In this document: piece by piece, positions 46,577 to 56,504 of the stretch
How the letters are laid out: each line of letters opens with the position of its first letter
Position numbering within the stretch: position 1 is the stretch's first letter
NCBI GenBank assembly: GCA_963756665.1
Contig: CAVWOJ010000001.1
Span: forward strand, 2,875,331-2,939,330
Origin: an uncultured Solirubrobacterales bacterium
GTDB taxonomy: Bacteria > Actinomycetota > Thermoleophilia > Solirubrobacterales > Solirubrobacteraceae
Reading direction: 5' to 3'
Length of the DNA stretch: 64,000 bases
Notes under the pieces: generated by a model
The model's input: the letters and a program-made list of their open reading frames with translations, nothing else
What the model was told of the DNA's origin: nothing
The model's database searches: none
Made by a program: the position numbers and the translations under genes

Positions 46577-47899
46577 CTTGCCCGCCCAATACTGGTAGAC
46601 CTGCACCCGCAGGCCGTGCGTGCCCAGCGCCGCCGGCAGCGCGATCGCGTAGCGGTTGAAGCGGTCCAGCGTGAACAACGCTTTGTAGCGCAGCACGCTG
46701 CCCTGGAAGGCTTCGAGCTCCATGTAGTCGCCGATCGGCCCCGAGCCGCTCGCGACCACCTTGCCATGCGATCTGCGCAGGCTCAGCGTGACCGGGCTGG
46801 GAGACCCAAAGGGGGAGCTCAGCATCCGCCCGAGCGCCCCGAACGCCGGCTTGCGGCTCCCGTTCGCGCTCAACACTCCGAAGTCTTCGTTGCGGCCGTC
46901 CTGCATCCCGTAGAGCACCTCGGCCGCGACGTACGGCACGCTCGCGATCGCGCGGAACGTGTTGGTGACGTTCTGCGCCTGGATCTTCCGGGTCACGCAC
47001 GCCTGTTCCTGCTGGATCCTGCGCCCCGGCCAGCAGCTGCTCCAGCCGAACTCGTCGAGCCACAGCGGCTTGCCGTCGCCGTTGGCCAGCTGGGTTTCGT
47101 GGATCGCCCGCAGCGCGGCCAGCGTGAGGGTGTAGTAGTGCACCGCCAGGCCGTCGTAGTAGCCCTTGATGCCAGCCGCGTACAGGGCCCGCAGGAAGAC
47201 CCCGTTGGACCCCACGAGCGAGCCGGCCAGCACCGGAACGCTCGGTTCGGCCTGCTTGATCGCCGGGTACGCGGCCCGCAGCAGGGCCGCATAGCGCTGG
47301 GGTTTGCTCGGCCCCGCGAAGTAGTCTTCGTTGGATTGGTCCGGCTCGTTCCAGATCTCGATCGCCGCCAGCCGCGTGCCGTAGCGGGCAGCCAAATAGG
47401 CCACGAAAGCCCCATAGTCCGCCGGGTTGCTCGGCGGCCACGCGTTGGCCTTGCCTAATCCTCCCGGGACGCATTTGCTCAGCAGCGAAGCCGGCGCCGA
47501 GGAGGCCCAGCAGGGTGTGAAGTCGACGGTGGCTATTACCCGGATGCCACTCGCGGCCGCATCGTCCAGGAGCCTGTCCAGGAAGGCCAGCGCGCGCGGT
47601 TCGATCTGCCCGGCGCCGACCGGCTCCAGCACCGACCACGGCACCTGGGCGCGCACGACCTGCGCGTGCAGCGCCCGCGCGGTGGCGATCTCCCGATCGG
47701 CCTCCACCGGCCGCGCGCCGGCATACAGACCGAGAATGTTCAGGCCGCCCAGCGGGGCCGTCGCCGCGGAGCGCGCCGCAGGCGCGTGTTCGGCCTGGCC
47801 CACCGGCGCCAGCCACCCCACCGCACACAGCCCAAGCAGGCAGGCGGCGAGGAGCTTGCGCAGGCGTCCAGCCTGGAGCGTGCTCTGGCATCCTGCCAT
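46550..47899 (-). CDS. Secreted clan GH-A glycoside hydrolase (GH5/GH39-like)
   Basis: Signal peptide, IEIWNEPD acid/base motif, LWLDEFGW nucleophile motif; ATG at 47899 lies 7 nt after TATCGT. Confidence 0.85.
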   Translation of the reverse strand: MAGCQSTLQAGRLRKLLAACLLGLCAVGWLAPVGQAEHAPAARSAATAPLGGLNILGLYAGARPVEADREIATARALHAQVVRAQVPWSVLEPVGAGQIEPRALAFLDRLLDDAAASGIRVIATVDFTPCWASSAPASLLSKCVPGGLGKANAWPPSNPADYGAFVAYLAARYGTRLAAIEIWNEPDQSNEDYFAGPSKPQRYAALLRAAYPAIKQAEPSVPVLAGSLVGSNGVFLRALYAAGIKGYYDGLAVHYYTLTLAALRAIHETQLANGDGKPLWLDEFGWSSCWPGRRIQQEQACVTRKIQAQNVTNTFRAIASVPYVAAEVLYGMQDGRNEDFGVLSANGSRKPAFGALGRMLSSPFGSPSPVTLSLRRSHGKVVASGSGPIGDYMELEAFQGSVLRYKALFTLDRFNRYAIALPAALGTHGLRVQVYQYWAGKGRDARRSI

Positions 47900-48005
47900 G
47901 CCCTGAACGATAGTTGCCGGCGTCGACGCCGGTCGCGGTTGCATGGTTTCTGTCGTGGGCGCCGCGATCGAGGTGGAGCGACCGTGCGAAGTACGCTAGC
48001 GGCAG

Positions 48006-48092
48006 ATGCCCTCGAACTGGATCTGGATGCAGGGCGCGATCGTCCTGTTCGTCGTGATCGGGATGATCGTGGCGATCACGAAGCTCCTCTGA
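48006..48092 (+). CDS. 28-aa single-pass membrane microprotein MPSNWIWMQGAIVLFVVIGMIVAITKLL
   Basis: Fills an intergenic gap, GC3-rich codons, one hydrophobic helix, TACGCT 8 nt before the ATG; below the ORF-track cutoff. Confidence 0.6.
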   Translation: MPSNWIWMQGAIVLFVVIGMIVAITKLL

Positions 48093-48099
48093 CGCCGCC

Positions 48100-48894
48100 T
48101 CAGCTGCGCAGCAGACGCCAGCGCGAGCGCCGCGCCGCCTCGATGCCGGCCGGCACGAACGCCGGGCGAGCAGGCGGCTCCTCGCCGTCGAGGATCGCAG
48201 CGGGCACCTCGACGGTCAGCCACTGCGCCAGTGCCGACAGGCCCGCGCGCTCCAGCTCCGCGGCGATCTCGGGCGGCCGGTTGACGGTGTCGTGCGTGTC
48301 GGAGGCGACGTTGTGGACCAGCTCCTCGCGCACGAGCGCAAGCGCGAAGCGCTGCGCCTCCCCGCCAAAGCGGCCCCCGAGCGAAGCGGCAGTGATCGAC
48401 GTGAGCGCGCCCGCGCGCACGATCCGCTCGAGCATCCGCGGGTCACGGTGGAAGGCTGGGCAGCGCTCCGGGTGCGCCAGCAGGATGCGGTGGCCCGCGT
48501 GCTGCAGCTCCAGCAGGATCGAATCGATGTTGGGCGCTACCGGGGTGAAGGGCGGCTCGACCAGCAGCCACCGGCCACCGCCAAGCGCCAGGTGCTGCAG
48601 CTGCTCGGGCTCGAGCTCAGCGATCAGCGTCAGCGCGATCTCCGCGCCGGGGCGGACCTCGAGCGGCGTCCCCGCGCCACTCACAACCCGCTCGAGCGCC
48701 AGGCGCTCGTTGAGCTCGTCCACCAGCCGCGCGATGCCCTGCGCCTCGTTGCGGTAGCGCCAGCTCACGTGCGGCGTCGCCACCAGCACGCGCGTCCCGG
48801 CGGCCGCCGCGGCGCGCGCGAGCGCCAGCGAGCCGTCGATCGCGGCCGGGCCGTCGTCGATGCCCGGCAGCACATGGCAGTGCAGGTCGATCAC
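48100..48894 (-). CDS. CpsB/CapC PHP-family tyrosine phosphatase
   Basis: IDLHCHVLPGIDDG, ATPH, LAHPER and ASDTH motifs. Confidence 0.92.
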   Translation of the reverse strand: MIDLHCHVLPGIDDGPAAIDGSLALARAAAAAGTRVLVATPHVSWRYRNEAQGIARLVDELNERLALERVVSGAGTPLEVRPGAEIALTLIAELEPEQLQHLALGGGRWLLVEPPFTPVAPNIDSILLELQHAGHRILLAHPERCPAFHRDPRMLERIVRAGALTSITAASLGGRFGGEAQRFALALVREELVHNVASDTHDTVNRPPEIAAELERAGLSALAQWLTVEVPAAILDGEEPPARPAFVPAGIEAARRSRWRLLRS

Positions 48895-48999
48895 AGTTGC
48901 CAGAACGTTAGGGCAGGCGCGGATATGATCGACCCGGCTGCGACACGGCCCAGCTCGAGCACATACCACCGATACCCAGGCGAGGGAGAGATTTAGGTC

Positions 49000-49443
49000 A
49001 TGTTCAAATCGATCGTGGTTGGCACAGACGGATCCGAGACCGCCGGCGAGGCGGTGCGCCAGGCGACCGACCTGGCGCGCACCGTCGGAGCGGCCCTAGA
49101 TATCGTGAGCGCCTACGAGCCGGTGCCCGCGCAGCGTCTGCGCGAGGAACGCCGCGACGCCCCGGAGGACCTGCAGTGGGCGATCAGCCCGCGCGAGGAC
49201 GTCGACCTGGCGCTGGAGGCCGCCGCCGCACCGGCCCGCACGGCCGGGGTAGCCGTCAACGTCTACTCCCGTCAGGGCGATCCCGCCGACGCGATCCTCG
49301 ACGTGGCCGAGGAGCGCGGCGCCGACCTGATCGTCGTCGGCAACAAGGGCATGACCGGCGCCAAGCGCTTCCTGCTGGGCTCCGTACCGAACAAGGTCTC
49401 CCACCACGCGCCCTGCTCGGTGCTGATCATCAGGACGACCTAG
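49000..49443 (+). CDS. Universal stress protein
   Basis: IVVGTDGS, GDPA..IL..A, DLIVVG.KG and LLGSV..KV...APCSVL motifs. Confidence 0.93.
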   Translation: MFKSIVVGTDGSETAGEAVRQATDLARTVGAALDIVSAYEPVPAQRLREERRDAPEDLQWAISPREDVDLALEAAAAPARTAGVAVNVYSRQGDPADAILDVAEERGADLIVVGNKGMTGAKRFLLGSVPNKVSHHAPCSVLIIRTT

Positions 49444-49447
49444 GCGC

Positions 49448-50176
49448 ATGCGCCGCGCCGTGATCCTCGCCGGAGGCAAGGGGACCCGCCTGCGGCCCTA
49501 CACCACGGTGCTGCCCAAGCCGCTGATGCCGATCGGCGATCGGCCCGTGCTCGACATCATCGTGCGCCAGCTCAAGGCGCACGGCTTCCAGCGGATCACG
49601 ATCGCCACCGGCCACCTCGCCGAGCTGATCGAGGCGTTCTTCCGCGACGGCTCCGCCTACGGCATCCCGATCGACTACTACCGCGAGCAGGAGCCGCTCG
49701 GCACCGTCGGCGCGCTCGCACTGATCGACGGGCTCGATGGGGAAGACGACGTGCTCGTCATGAACGGCGACGTGCTGACCGACATCGACTACGGCGCCCT
49801 GTTAGAGCGCCACCACGCGAGCGACTCCGTAGCCACGATCGCCACCAAGGTGCGCCACGTGCAGATCTCACTCGGCGTCCTGCGCTTCGCCGACGACGGC
49901 GACTCCACGCGGCTGACCGGCTACGACGAGAAGCCGGCGATCGACTACACCGCCAGCATGGGCGTCTACTGCTTCGCGCCGCGGGCGCTGAAGCACATCG
50001 AGGCCGGGGAGCGGATCGACTTCCCGGACCTGGTTCTGCGGCTGATCGCGGCCGGCGAGATCGTGCGGGCGTGGCCGAGCGAAGACTACTGGCTGGACAT
50101 CGGCCGCCACGAAGACTACGAGCAGGCGCAGGAGGAGTTCGAGAGCGTTCGCAGCCGGCTGATCCCGTCCGAGTGA
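49448..50176 (+). CDS. Sugar-phosphate nucleotidyltransferase
   Basis: ILAGGKGTRLRPYT...PKPL, EPLGT.G, NGDV and WLDIG motifs. Confidence 0.92.
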   Translation: MRRAVILAGGKGTRLRPYTTVLPKPLMPIGDRPVLDIIVRQLKAHGFQRITIATGHLAELIEAFFRDGSAYGIPIDYYREQEPLGTVGALALIDGLDGEDDVLVMNGDVLTDIDYGALLERHHASDSVATIATKVRHVQISLGVLRFADDGDSTRLTGYDEKPAIDYTASMGVYCFAPRALKHIEAGERIDFPDLVLRLIAAGEIVRAWPSEDYWLDIGRHEDYEQAQEEFESVRSRLIPSE

Positions 50177-50179
50177 GGG

Positions 50180-51328
50180 TCACCCCACCCGGGCGAGGGC
50201 CGCGCGTACCGCGTCGACGACGAGGTCGACCGCCGCCGCGTCCATCGTCGCGCTGAGCGGCAGCGCGCAGTGACGGTCCGCCGCCGCGGTGGCTCGCGCT
50301 AGCTCCCCCGGCGGCACCTGGTCGCGGTAGTCGGTGAACGTGTGCAACGCCGGGTACCACGTCGTCTGCACCCCGTTTGCGGCCAGCTCCGTGCGCACGC
50401 GGTCGCGCCGCTCGCGGTCCTGGAAGAGCACGGGGAAAGCGAAGTGGCTCGAGCGCGCGACCGCCTGCTCGTCCCAGAGGAGCTCCAGGCCGGGCGTCTC
50501 GGCGAAGCGCTCGCGGTAGGCCCGGACCAGCTCGCGGCGGACGGCAACGTCGGCGTCCAGGCGCTCCAGGCGGCTCAGCCCGAGCGCCGCGCGCGGCTCG
50601 TCCAGGCGGTAGTTGAAGCCGACGTCGATCACGTCGTAGGCCGGGTCGTGGCCACGGTGACGATCCCACGTGCTGCTGCTCAGCGCGTGCGAGCGCAGCA
50701 GCCGCACGCGCTCCGCAAAGCGCTCCTCCGCGCTTGCGACCATGCCGCCCTCGCCCACGCACAGCTGCTTCTTGGAGAAGAAGCTGAAGGTGCCCAACTC
50801 CCCGACCGTGCCCACCTGACGCCCCGCGTCGTCCACGCGCGCCCCGATCGCCTGCGCGCAGTCCTCGATCAAGACCAGACCGCGCTCGTCGCAGAGCTGG
50901 CGCAGCGCGAGCACGTCGGCGGGGTAGCCGGCGAAGTGCACCGCCACGATCGCGCGCGTGCGCGGGGTGATGCGCGCCGCCGCGTCCTGCGGGTCGATGT
51001 TGGGCTCGCGCGGATCGTGCACGTCGCACAGGACCGGCTTGGCGCCCACATAGCGCGCGGCGCTCGCGCTGGCGACGAACGTGATCGCGGGCACGATCAC
51101 CTCGTCTCCCGGGCCGATCCCCGCCGCCAGGTAGGCCAGGTGCAGCGCAGCAGTGCCGCTGGAGACGGCCACCACGTGCCGAGCACCGACATAGCCCGCC
51201 AGCGCGGCCTCGAACGCCTGCGTGCGCGGTCCCATCGTCAGCCAGCCCGAGCGCAGGCAGTCGAGCACCGCCTGCACGTCCTGCTCGGGCATCGCGATGT
51301 CGGTCAGCGGCACGCGCCAGTCGCTCAT
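50180..51328 (-). CDS. DegT-family aminotransferase
   Basis: SGWLTMGP, SSGTAALHLA, EDCAQA and SFFSKK...GEGG motifs. Confidence 0.92.
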   Translation of the reverse strand: MSDWRVPLTDIAMPEQDVQAVLDCLRSGWLTMGPRTQAFEAALAGYVGARHVVAVSSGTAALHLAYLAAGIGPGDEVIVPAITFVASASAARYVGAKPVLCDVHDPREPNIDPQDAAARITPRTRAIVAVHFAGYPADVLALRQLCDERGLVLIEDCAQAIGARVDDAGRQVGTVGELGTFSFFSKKQLCVGEGGMVASAEERFAERVRLLRSHALSSSTWDRHRGHDPAYDVIDVGFNYRLDEPRAALGLSRLERLDADVAVRRELVRAYRERFAETPGLELLWDEQAVARSSHFAFPVLFQDRERRDRVRTELAANGVQTTWYPALHTFTDYRDQVPPGELARATAAADRHCALPLSATMDAAAVDLVVDAVRAALARVG

Positions 51329-51365
51329 CGGATGGCCTCCACCGGCGCCGGACGGTGGGCGCCGC

Positions 51366-52517
51366 TCATCGTTCGACCGCCTCGGCGAGCGCGGTGACCA
51401 CCCGGTCCTGGTCGGAATCGGTCATGTGCGGATAGAAGGGCAGCGTCAGCTCCGTGCGGGAGGCCAGCTCGGTGATCGGCAGCGAGACGTCCGGGAAGCG
51501 CTGGCGGTAGGCCGTGAAGAGGTGAATCGCGGGGTAGAAGATGCTTGTCTGGATGCCGCGCTCGCGCAGGCGGCTGCTGACCTCCGCCTGGCGGCCATCC
51601 TGCTCGAGCATGATCGGCAGCACGTAGCAGGAGGAGCTCGCCACCTGCTCACGCTCGAACGGTACGAGGATCCCCTGCACCCCGGCGAGCAGCTCGCGAT
51701 AGCGCAGCGTCAGCTCGCGCCGGCGCGCGATGTCCGCCTCGAGCCGCTGCAAGCGTGAGAGCAGCAGCGCCGCGCGCGGCTCGTCGAGGCGGTAGTTGTA
51801 GCCGAGGCCCACGACGTCGTAGGTGTCCGTACGCCCGTTGTGGCGGTCCCACGTGCCGCTGGTCATCGCGTGCGAGCGGCGCGAGCGCACAAAGGCGGCG
51901 ACCTCGTCGCTGTCGGTGCACAGCAGCCCGCCCTCGCCCACCGACAGGATCTTGTTCGAGAAGAAGCTGAAGGCGCCCGCGAGACCCCACGTGCCGAGCT
52001 TGCGCTCCCCGAGCGTCGCACTGGGGGCGTGCGCGACATCCTCGATCAACGCGAGCCCGCGCTCGTCGCACAGCGTCCGCAGACGGTCCGCTGCGGCCGC
52101 GTAGCCGGCATAGTGCACGACCGCGATCGCCTTCGTGCGCGGCGTGATGCGGCGCGCGACATCCTCCGGATCGATGCACGGGCTCGCGCGCGAGACGATC
52201 TCCGCGAACACCGGGGTCGCGCCGCAGTAGAGCACCGCGGCGGCCGTCGCGGTGAACGTAAAGGACGGCACGATCACCTCGTCTCCCGGTCCGACGCCCG
52301 CGGCCAGGTACGCCAGGTGCAGCGCCGCCGTGCAGCTGGAGAGCGCGATCGCGTGGCGCGCGCCGAGATGCGCGGCAAACGCCTGCTCGAAGGCGCCCGT
52401 GCGCGGGCCGAGCGTCAGCCAGCCCGAGCGCAACGTCGCGGCAACCGCCTCGAGGTCCTCCTCCTCGATTTGGAGGTCGAACAGCGGGAGCTCGGGGAAG
52501 GTGTCGGCTTGGGCCAT
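51366..52517 (-). CDS. DegT-family aminotransferase (tandem paralog)
   Basis: SGWLTLGP, SSCTAALHLA, EDVAHA and SFFSNK...GEGG motifs. Confidence 0.92.
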   Translation of the reverse strand: MAQADTFPELPLFDLQIEEEDLEAVAATLRSGWLTLGPRTGAFEQAFAAHLGARHAIALSSCTAALHLAYLAAGVGPGDEVIVPSFTFTATAAAVLYCGATPVFAEIVSRASPCIDPEDVARRITPRTKAIAVVHYAGYAAAADRLRTLCDERGLALIEDVAHAPSATLGERKLGTWGLAGAFSFFSNKILSVGEGGLLCTDSDEVAAFVRSRRSHAMTSGTWDRHNGRTDTYDVVGLGYNYRLDEPRAALLLSRLQRLEADIARRRELTLRYRELLAGVQGILVPFEREQVASSSCYVLPIMLEQDGRQAEVSSRLRERGIQTSIFYPAIHLFTAYRQRFPDVSLPITELASRTELTLPFYPHMTDSDQDRVVTALAEAVER

Positions 52518-52553
52518 CGGGTCGTGAGCGTCGACGCGGATCTGCGCGCCGCC

Positions 52554-53531
52554 TCAGGGAATGTTGCGGTAGCGGCCGTCGAAGGGGTCGCCGAACTTGC
52601 CGGCGTCCAGCGCCGCGATGATCTCGGCGATGCCGTCGGGGACGGTCATCAGCGTCTCGAACCCGAGCTGCGCGCGGATCTTCTCGAAGCTCACCTTGTA
52701 GTCGCGCGGGTCCTCCTCGCGGTGGACGTAGGAGACCCGCCCGCGGTCGATCTGCTTGCCGATCTCGCCCACCAAGTCGAGCTTGCGATAGTTCTCGCCC
52801 GAGCGCCCCGCGTTGAAGACCTGGCCCGTGACCTGCTCCGCCGGCGCCGCCAGCACCGTGCGCACCGCTCGCGCGGCGTCACGGACATGGATGTAGGGAC
52901 GCCAGAACTGCTCGCCGAAGACTTCGAGCTCGCGGTCGGACCACAGGTCCCGCGTGAACTCGTTGACGGTCAGGTCGAAGCGCATCCGCCGTCCCACCCC
53001 GTACACCGTCGCGAAGCGCAGACACGTGGGTTTGGTCGCGCCGCTGCCGCCACCCAGGATCAGCTGCTCCATCCCGACCTTCTGCTCTGCATAGAGCGAT
53101 ACCGGGCTCAGCTCACCCTGCTCGTCGATCGGCACGGTCGGGTCGGCCATGCGCCCGTAGTTCGAGCAGGTCGAGGCGAACACCAGTCGCTCCACGCCCG
53201 CCGCGTTGGCGTCGGCGACGAGCGCCCGCGTCGCCTGCACGTTGACGTCGTCGGAGGCCTTGGGGTCCAGCGCGCAGGCCGGATCGCCGACGATCGCGGC
53301 CAGGTGCACGACAGCCTGCGCGCCGGCGAGCGCCTGCCTGCGGGCGTCACCGTCGCGGATGTCGGCGCGGATCACCTGCACCCCGGACCGCTCCTGCTCG
53401 GCGGCGATCTCCTCCTGGCCGTGCAGCAGGGAGTCCAGGACGCGCACCTCGCGTCCCGCCTCGCGCAGCTCCTGCACGAGCAGCGCCCCGATGTAGCCGC
53501 TGCCGCCCGTCACCAATGTCGTATCGCTCAC
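52554..53531 (-). CDS. NAD-dependent epimerase/dehydratase
   Basis: VTGGSGYIG, STCSNYG, YAEQK and RMRFDLTVN motifs. Confidence 0.92.
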   Translation of the reverse strand: MSDTTLVTGGSGYIGALLVQELREAGREVRVLDSLLHGQEEIAAEQERSGVQVIRADIRDGDARRQALAGAQAVVHLAAIVGDPACALDPKASDDVNVQATRALVADANAAGVERLVFASTCSNYGRMADPTVPIDEQGELSPVSLYAEQKVGMEQLILGGGSGATKPTCLRFATVYGVGRRMRFDLTVNEFTRDLWSDRELEVFGEQFWRPYIHVRDAARAVRTVLAAPAEQVTGQVFNAGRSGENYRKLDLVGEIGKQIDRGRVSYVHREEDPRDYKVSFEKIRAQLGFETLMTVPDGIAEIIAALDAGKFGDPFDGRYRNIP

Positions 53532-53748
53532 CTGTGGTCCTCTCTGGTCAGGCCGGTTGGCCGGGGTCGACTGCGTCTCTGGACATACCGGCTGGCTGGT
53601 CGACTGCGAATCTCACCGATTGCCACCTGACGACGCGCGCCGCGTTATCGCCGAGACATGCCGATGGTATCGGCGGGATGCGCGCCAACTCTTTAGCGCC
53701 ACCGGCAAGTGCGCCACCGGCACGCGCGGGCCGCATAGACTCACCGCG

Positions 53749-54468
53749 ATGGCGGACCTGATTCCGGAGTTCGAGCAGGGCAGGTTCACGCCCGAGACCC
53801 CGGTCCCGACCTGGTGGCCGATCCGCCGGCGCCTGGAGATCGCCGCCAAGTGGGCGCGCGACCCGGTGCTCGACGTCGGCGCCGGCACAGGGTGGCTGTC
53901 CCTGCACCTGCGCCACTGGGGTTACGAGGTCACGGCGGCGGACTACAGCGAGCAGGCCCGCGCCAACTTCAAGGCAAACGCGGCCATCGTGGGCGCCGAG
54001 CTCCAGGTCGGCAGCGAGAACGTCTCAGCCCTCTCCTACCCCGACGAGCGGTTCGCGTCGCTGTTCTGCATCTCGGTGCTCGCCTACGTCGAGGATCTGC
54101 AAGGCGCGCTGGGCGAGCTGTGGCGCGTGCTCCGTCCGGGTGGGATCGCCGTGATCGGCTGCCTCAACGCCTACGGGAGCTTTGCCTTCCTGGTCGATCG
54201 GGACCCCCGCACGCTGTGGCGCAAGAACCGCTACCGCAACGACATCCGCCAGGACGTCGAGCACTTTCACGGACCGCGCTGGTGGCAGCGGGAATTCGCC
54301 AAACGCTTTACCGTCCTGGACGTGGTCCCGCTGGAGATCTTCTCTCCCGTGATCGCGCGCACCGCCGGGTATCAGGTCGATCCCCGCTGGACGCGCGCCG
54401 ACGTACGCCTGGCCGCGCACCTACCCAAGGAGCTCGCCAGCGAGGTGCTCTTCATCCTGCGCAAGTGA
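53749..54468 (+). CDS. Class I SAM methyltransferase
   Basis: VLDVGAGTG and RVLRPGG motifs; ATG at 53749 lies 7 nt after TAGACT. Confidence 0.85.
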   Translation: MADLIPEFEQGRFTPETPVPTWWPIRRRLEIAAKWARDPVLDVGAGTGWLSLHLRHWGYEVTAADYSEQARANFKANAAIVGAELQVGSENVSALSYPDERFASLFCISVLAYVEDLQGALGELWRVLRPGGIAVIGCLNAYGSFAFLVDRDPRTLWRKNRYRNDIRQDVEHFHGPRWWQREFAKRFTVLDVVPLEIFSPVIARTAGYQVDPRWTRADVRLAAHLPKELASEVLFILRK

Positions 54469-55498
54469 CGCGGCCGAGCAGCTCGCGCCAGGAGCGCTCG
54501 AAAGCCTGCACGCCGTTGTGCTCGACCACCCACTCCCGCGCCCGCGCGGCGAGCGGCTGCGCCTGCGCCGGGTCGAAGGCCCGCAGCTTCGCCGCGATCG
54601 ACTCGATCGTCGGCTCCACACAGAGAGCGTCGTACTCCGGCAGCGCCCGCAGGAAGGTACGCATCCAGGCGACGCGCGTCGTGATGACCGGGACGCCGCA
54701 GGCCATCGCCTCGAGGATCGTCAAGCTGCACGCCTCATAGCGGGTCGGGAAGAGCACCAGGTCGGCGGCCGCATACGCCCAGGCCAACGCCTCAGGGGCC
54801 AGTACGCCGAGATGACGGCTCCCCGGGACGCCGCTCCTACCGGCGATCGCCAGGTCCACTCCCGCCTCGGCGCAGCTCGCGCCGAGGAGATCGCCGCCCT
54901 TGCGGTACTCGACCCGCCCGGCGAACAGCGCAAGCGTCCCGTCCGTCTCGATGCCCAGGCGACGGCGGGCCTGCGCGCGGTCCAGTGGGCGGAAGTGGCG
55001 CTCGTCGACGCCGCCGGGGATCAGCGCGTCAGCGCGCCGGCGGTAGTAGCGCGCGGTCTCCTGGGCGGCGCTCTCGGAGACCACCACCAACGTGCCCGCC
55101 CGCGCCATCAGCGCCTCGACCGGCCAGTAGGCCACCAGCCGGCGCAGGAAGTCCTGCGGGGTGTATCCACGCCGGGCGGCGAAGGCTTCCCCGATCGAGG
55201 TGCCGTGGAAGATCTGGATGCGGTGTCCGCCGCGGGGCGCTCCCAGCCCGAGAAAGCCGTTGCCGATCACCAGGTCAGGGGCTCGGTCCGCCGTCAGCGC
55301 CGCCCGCCCGGCGGAGCGCGACCACACCAGCGGCGAGCCGCCGAAGCGAAACGTCCAGCGCCCCGGCTCGGCGGTCGGCGCCACGATGCTCACCCGCCAG
55401 CCGTCCGCGCGCAGGACGTCGGCGACCATGTTCGTGTAGCGCTCCACCCCGCCCGCGTTGCCCGCCGCCACGGGCGACATCAGCACTGCGTGTCTCAC
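54452..55498 (-). CDS. Glycosyltransferase family 4
   Basis: GGVERY, FAGRVEYRKG and YEACSLTILEAMACG motifs. Confidence 0.9.
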   Translation of the reverse strand: MRHAVLMSPVAAGNAGGVERYTNMVADVLRADGWRVSIVAPTAEPGRWTFRFGGSPLVWSRSAGRAALTADRAPDLVIGNGFLGLGAPRGGHRIQIFHGTSIGEAFAARRGYTPQDFLRRLVAYWPVEALMARAGTLVVVSESAAQETARYYRRRADALIPGGVDERHFRPLDRAQARRRLGIETDGTLALFAGRVEYRKGGDLLGASCAEAGVDLAIAGRSGVPGSRHLGVLAPEALAWAYAAADLVLFPTRYEACSLTILEAMACGVPVITTRVAWMRTFLRALPEYDALCVEPTIESIAAKLRAFDPAQAQPLAARAREWVVEHNGVQAFERSWRELLGRVTCAG

Positions 55499-55538
55499 GG
55501 TCGGCCGCTCGGGTGCTCACACGCTGACGCGGGGCGTC

Positions 55539-56462
55539 TCATCCGCCGGCGCCGGCACGCCCCAGCGCTGCGCGCACCCGGCGCAGGCGACTGCGGGTGA
55601 CGCCGGCCACGGTCAGCCGCACGCGGCTGGCGACGAACGCGAGCTGCCCAAGGGTGGGCGTCTTGATGTGCCCCTGCTCGGCCAGCCAGTGCCCGTGGCG
55701 CGAGAGAAAGCGCCAGTTGTTCTTGATCGCCGAGAACTCGTACTCCAGGCGCGGGCGGCGCGAGCCCCCCTCCCACTGGTCGAGCTGGTACATCGCCGTG
55801 ACCGGCGTGAGGATGCAGCGAAAGCCGCAGCGCGTCGCCTGGATGAAGAAGTCGGTCTCGTCGCGCCAGCCGGTGTTCCCGTAGCTCTCGTCGTAGCGGA
55901 TGCGCTCGAACACCCTGCGATTGATCAGTGCCGGGGCCGGCATGAACGGCGTCTCGAGCTCGCTCTGCGGGACCACGGAGTGATCGTCGATCGTGGGCAC
56001 CCCACCGCGCCGCGCCCGCGCCGCGGCGAGCGCCGCCTGGACGTCGTCGTTGGTGATGTTCAGCCAGGGAGCGCCGACGATGTCCGCCTGCTGCTCCCGC
56101 GCCACGCGCTTGAGCGTGGGGCCGTAGTCGTGCGGATAGCGCAGGTCGTCGTCGGAGATGACGACCCACTCCCCGCGCGCGACCGCACAACCGGCGTTGC
56201 GCGCGCTCGAGAGGCCGTTGCCCGGCTGGCGCAGCAGGCGCACGCGTGCCTCCGTGCCGAACTCCTCCTGCACCATCTCCGCGGTGCCGTCCGCAGAGCG
56301 CTGGTCGATCACGACGATCACCTCGAGCACGTCGGCGAGCTCGAGCAGCGCCGGCAGGTTCTGGCGCAGCGCAGCGCGCCGGTTGTGGCTTGGCACCACG
56401 AACGAGATGTCGCTCCTAGCGTCGCTGCGGGAATCCTCGCGGCTTTGCATCGCATACCTCAC
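55539..56462 (-). CDS. Glycosyltransferase family 2
   Basis: SFVVPSHNR, G.S.ARNAG and ISDDD motifs. Confidence 0.88.
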   Translation of the reverse strand: MRYAMQSREDSRSDARSDISFVVPSHNRRAALRQNLPALLELADVLEVIVVIDQRSADGTAEMVQEEFGTEARVRLLRQPGNGLSSARNAGCAVARGEWVVISDDDLRYPHDYGPTLKRVAREQQADIVGAPWLNITNDDVQAALAAARARRGGVPTIDDHSVVPQSELETPFMPAPALINRRVFERIRYDESYGNTGWRDETDFFIQATRCGFRCILTPVTAMYQLDQWEGGSRRPRLEYEFSAIKNNWRFLSRHGHWLAEQGHIKTPTLGQLAFVASRVRLTVAGVTRSRLRRVRAALGRAGAGG

Positions 56463-56504
56463 GTCGGCATCGGGGCGCCCCGACTTGATGGCAATGCGCG
56501 CACC

